Source of the DNA: Idiomarina sp.
GTDB taxonomy: Bacteria > Pseudomonadota > Gammaproteobacteria > Enterobacterales > Alteromonadaceae
Assembly (NCBI GenBank): GCA_020832105.1
Contig: JAFIFH010000071.1
Location: forward strand, 6,364-70,363
Direction of reading: 5' to 3'
DNA: 64,000 nucleotides
How positions within the stretch are numbered: the first letter of the stretch is position 1; every line of letters starts with the position of its first letter. This document shows positions 61,712 to 64,000 of this stretch, piece after piece. The notes beneath the pieces are model-generated. The model was given only the letters and a program-made list of their open reading frames with translations. It made no database searches and was not told the DNA's origin. The translations under genes were made by a program, and so were the position numbers.

Positions 61712-63115
61712 ATGCTGACAGAAGGTAGCTGGCTCAGCCTGCTGCCTTCGCTGCTGGCCATTCTCTTCGCCATCCTCACCCGGCGCGTCATTCTGGCGTT
61801 ACTTGGTGGGGTGCTTCTGGCTAATGCACTCTTTTACGCCCCCGACATGCTCAGCGCCGCGCTGGGCAGTGTGGTGTCATTGAGCAGTGCGCTGGTTGAC
61901 CCGGGTAATATGCAAATCTGGGGGTTTACCCTGATTATCGGTGCGTTGTTTGGCGTGCTGGAAGGAGGGGGCACCTTTCGCCATTTTGTCGCTGCGTTAG
62001 AAAAGCGTCAGCTTGGCAACTCACCGCGCAAAGCCCGTATGTTCACCTGGCTGCTTGGGGTCGCGGTGTTTATCGAATCCAATGTGTCAATCATGACCTC
62101 GGGCACCACCGCACGGCCGCTGTATGACCGCCTGGGGATGTCACGGGAAAAGCTCGCCTATATTATCGACTCAACCTGTGCGCCCATTTGTATCCTGATC
62201 CCATTGAATGCCTGGGGTGCTTTCAACTTAGGTTTGATCAGCGCCCAGGATATCGCCAATCCGTTACTGACCTTTGCAGAGTCACTGCTGTATAACTTCT
62301 ATGCGATTCTGGCTATTTTGCTGGCGCTATGGGTTGCCTGGAGCGGCTGGTCGATTGGCCCTATGCGGCAGGCAGACGCCGCGGCGAAAGCACGGCTGGC
62401 TAATCAGCCAGTGGCCAACGACACCCCTGCGCAAGCATCGCCTCAGTTGGCGTATCAGCAAAGTGCTGCGGTGACAGTGTTAGTGAGCCTGATCAGTATG
62501 GTGGTGATGGTGCCCCTGATGTTATTCATTACCGGTGGCGGTAGCATTGTCCAGGGTGCGGGCACCACCAGCGTGCTGGTGGCGGTGACCACTGCCTTTG
62601 TCATCGCCCTGGTGGGGTCACGGGTAACCCTGGCAAGCCCCTGGGCGACACTGGCTAAACATGCATTGCGTGGGGCCCGGGCAATTCTACCGCTCGCTAT
62701 TATTCTGTGGTTGGCGATGGTGCTTGGCGATATGACCCGGGCACTAGGGACCGCGGACTTTATTACCGGCCTGATTGATGACAGTTTCCCGGTATGGCTG
62801 CTGTTACCCATTGTGTTTGTGCTGGCGGCGCTCACCGCATTTGCAATAGGGTCGAGCTGGGGCACCTTTGCGATCATGCTGCCCTTGGCAATTCCGCTGG
62901 CGCTGAACCTTGGCCTGCCGCCAGCGCCTTTTATTGCGGCAGCGATTTCTGGCGGTATCTTTGGTGACCACGCATCACCTATTAGTGACACCACGATTAT
63001 TGCGTCTCTTGCGGCGGGTACGGAACACATTGACCATGTGCGCACCCAGTTGCCATATGCGCTGCTTGCGGCGACAGGTACGGTTGTCCTGTATGCGCTT
63101 TGGGGTCTGTTGTAA
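61712..63115 (+). CDS. NhaC-family Na+/H+ antiporter-like membrane transporter
   Basis: 467 aa, polytopic. N-terminal SLLPSLLAILFAILTRRV and overall organisation resemble the NhaC family. Confidence 0.7.
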   Translation: MLTEGSWLSLLPSLLAILFAILTRRVILALLGGVLLANALFYAPDMLSAALGSVVSLSSALVDPGNMQIWGFTLIIGALFGVLEGGGTFRHFVAALEKRQLGNSPRKARMFTWLLGVAVFIESNVSIMTSGTTARPLYDRLGMSREKLAYIIDSTCAPICILIPLNAWGAFNLGLISAQDIANPLLTFAESLLYNFYAILAILLALWVAWSGWSIGPMRQADAAAKARLANQPVANDTPAQASPQLAYQQSAAVTVLVSLISMVVMVPLMLFITGGGSIVQGAGTTSVLVAVTTAFVIALVGSRVTLASPWATLAKHALRGARAILPLAIILWLAMVLGDMTRALGTADFITGLIDDSFPVWLLLPIVFVLAALTAFAIGSSWGTFAIMLPLAIPLALNLGLPPAPFIAAAISGGIFGDHASPISDTTIIASLAAGTEHIDHVRTQLPYALLAATGTVVLYALWGLL

Positions 63116-63195
63116 ACGCGCAGACATGACGTTGAGCTGGAGGGGACCGCGAAACATTTAACCTGCGACTATACCAATCGTCATAGCCAGCAAGA

Positions 63196-63225
63196 ATAAA
63201 ACAACGCCAATTGACGTTGTTTTAT
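63196..63225 (+). terminator. AT-rich hairpin terminator after the antiporter gene
   Basis: ATAAAACAACG-CCAATTGA-CGTTGTTTTAT. Confidence 0.55.
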
Positions 63226-63299
63226 GACGACCCACCTGATAGCTTAAATTTACAAATCGTTAAGTAATTGATTTTTATGACTTTATTTTAATTAAAAAC

Positions 63300-63316
63300 C
63301 TGGCCTGATTGTTGCT
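63300..63316 (+). promoter_or_regulatory. Sigma54-like -24/-12 element CTGGCCTGATTGTTGCT
   Basis: Matches YTGGCACGrNNNTTGCW at all positions except 2 of the -24 hexamer, with exact GG-N10-GC spacing. Predicted +1 near 63326-63328. An alternative sigma70 -10 is TAAGAT at 63322-63327. Confidence 0.4.
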
Positions 63317-63326
63317 ATCCATAAGA

Positions 63327-63508
63327 TACACCTTGGATGTTTTACAAGGACGTATTTCAAAGGGACAGGCTTGAAGGAATAAGCAAAAGGAAAGGGCGCA
63401 GGATGCCAACAGGGAGACGAACTCAGGGAGAGTTCAGGCTGAAGGATCAGCATTAGGGAAGCGCAGGGAAAGATAAGGGACCAGCCCGCAGGAAGCGGGC
63501 TTTTTTTA
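63327..63508 (+). ncRNA. Csr/Rsm-family (CsrB/RsmY/RsmZ-like) CsrA-sequestering sRNA candidate
   Basis: 13 GGA motifs in about 175 nt with no ORF. GGA sits in hairpin loops at 63395-63407 (GGC-GCAGGAT-GCC), 63421-63433 (ACTC-AGGGA-GAGT) and 63438-63451 (GCTGA-AGGA-TCAGC). Terminator AGCCCGC-AGGAA-GCGGGCT plus T7 at 63483-63507, with GGA in its loop. Confidence 0.7.
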
Positions 63509-63617
63509 TTTCAGAAACTAAAACCATTATACTATCGCCAGAATGCCTGCCACCCCGGCTGGGCTATTTGCAAACGAGAACCTCGCAAATGGGAACGCGC
63601 TAGTGTCCGATACCGAT

Positions 63618-64000
63618 ATGTATTTTATGCAGCAAGCTCTGTTGCTTGCCGACGAAGCCGAGGCACTGGGCGAAGTGCCTGTGGGCGCAGTGGTGGTGCA
63701 TGACGGGCACATTGTAGGTCGTGGCCATAACCGTGTGATCACAGATGCCGACCCTTCAGCCCATGCGGAGATGGTCGCCGTGCGTGATGCAGCTAGCGTG
63801 CTACAAAACTATCGAATTATCGACACCACCTTGTATGTCACGCTGGAACCATGCCCGATGTGTGCGGGCATGCTGGTGCACAGTCGGGTGCGACGCTTGG
63901 TGTTTGGTGCTTACGATCTGAAAACAGGTGCCTGTGGCAGTGTATTAAATATTACTGCACACCCTCAACTTAACCATCAAATAGAGGTGACCGGCGGAGT
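63618..64000 (+). CDS. tadA: tRNA adenosine(34) deaminase TadA (3' end beyond window)
   Basis: Hand translation: MYFMQQALLLADEAEALGEVPVGAVVVHDGHIVGRGHNRVI..DPSAHAEMVA..LYVTLEPCPMCAGML (HAE and PCxxC zinc motifs). An in-frame ATG at 63543 is an alternative start. Confidence 0.85.
   Translation, partial: MYFMQQALLLADEAEALGEVPVGAVVVHDGHIVGRGHNRVITDADPSAHAEMVAVRDAASVLQNYRIIDTTLYVTLEPCPMCAGMLVHSRVRRLVFGAYDLKTGACGSVLNITAHPQLNHQIEVTGG

Noticed and set aside
63206-63221. GCCAATTGACGTTGTT matches 15 of 16 nt of the conserved Qrr sRNA core GCCAACUGACGUUGUU (consensus recalled from memory)
   Set aside because: The flanks do not match the rest of the conserved Qrr block (GGGUCACCUA upstream, AGUGAA downstream). 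No sigma54 promoter lies at the right distance upstream. The segment forms the loop and 3' arm of the AT-rich hairpin that ends the antiporter gene. Running the Rfam Qrr model would settle it cheaply, but I treat it as coincidence.
1-64000. Search for CRISPR arrays, tRNA/rRNA genes, IS elements, integrases, toxin-antitoxin pairs or defence islands
   Set aside because: I saw no regularly spaced direct repeats apart from the 3 x 12 bp array at 44503, no cloverleaf-like sequences in intergenic gaps, and no transposase, integrase or phage-like ORFs. Gene content and synteny are those of core chromosome.

Overview
This 64-kb window looks like core chromosome from a marine-type gammaproteobacterium. 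The gene order resembles Vibrio, Shewanella or Alteromonadales/Idiomarina-like genomes, but the taxon cannot be fixed from sequence alone. It is densely coding, with about 63 protein genes, and joins several familiar syntenic blocks. In order: DUF2726-like, folE2, stand-alone Hpt, arcA, sensor kinase, rsmC, FapA/DUF342, second Hpt-like protein and two lipoproteins. Then the rimK module, an MscS-type channel, an unknown protein, a stand-alone EAL protein, mutH, rppH-ptsP-TSUP-lgt-thyA-tcdA, csdE, etfBA, a DUF1302 outer-membrane protein, an S9 peptidase, ung, suhB and trmJ-iscS. Then msrA, ndk-rlmN-rodZ-ispG-hisS-yfgM-bamB-der, hslO-hslR, a complete type II secretion operon gspC-N, mscS, xseA, guaBA, an NhaC-family antiporter and tadA (3' end cut by the window). 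I found no rRNA, tRNA, CRISPR array, IS element, integrase or prophage. The main signals not explained by ORFs are listed here. (1) A GGA-rich, terminator-capped Csr/Rsm-type sponge sRNA candidate at about 63327-63508, preceded by a sigma54-like -24/-12 element. (2) A roughly 550-bp GC-rich non-coding island between tcdA and csdE made of inverted repeats and REP-like hairpins, with related hairpins after ndk and guaB. (3) A chain of overlapping genes joining two lipoproteins, an Hpt-like protein, FapA, rsmC, a receiver-less histidine kinase and arcA. (4) A reduced ISC locus: trmJ overlaps an iscS that lacks its C-terminal tail, and iscR, iscU, iscA, hscBA and fdx are absent. (5) Three phased 12-bp direct repeats abutting the gspC start. 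I see no clear, self-contained novel defence or mobile system. The most system-like uncharacterised module is the lipoprotein/Hpt/FapA/kinase chain. All family assignments come from motif recognition by eye and need HMM or BLAST confirmation.
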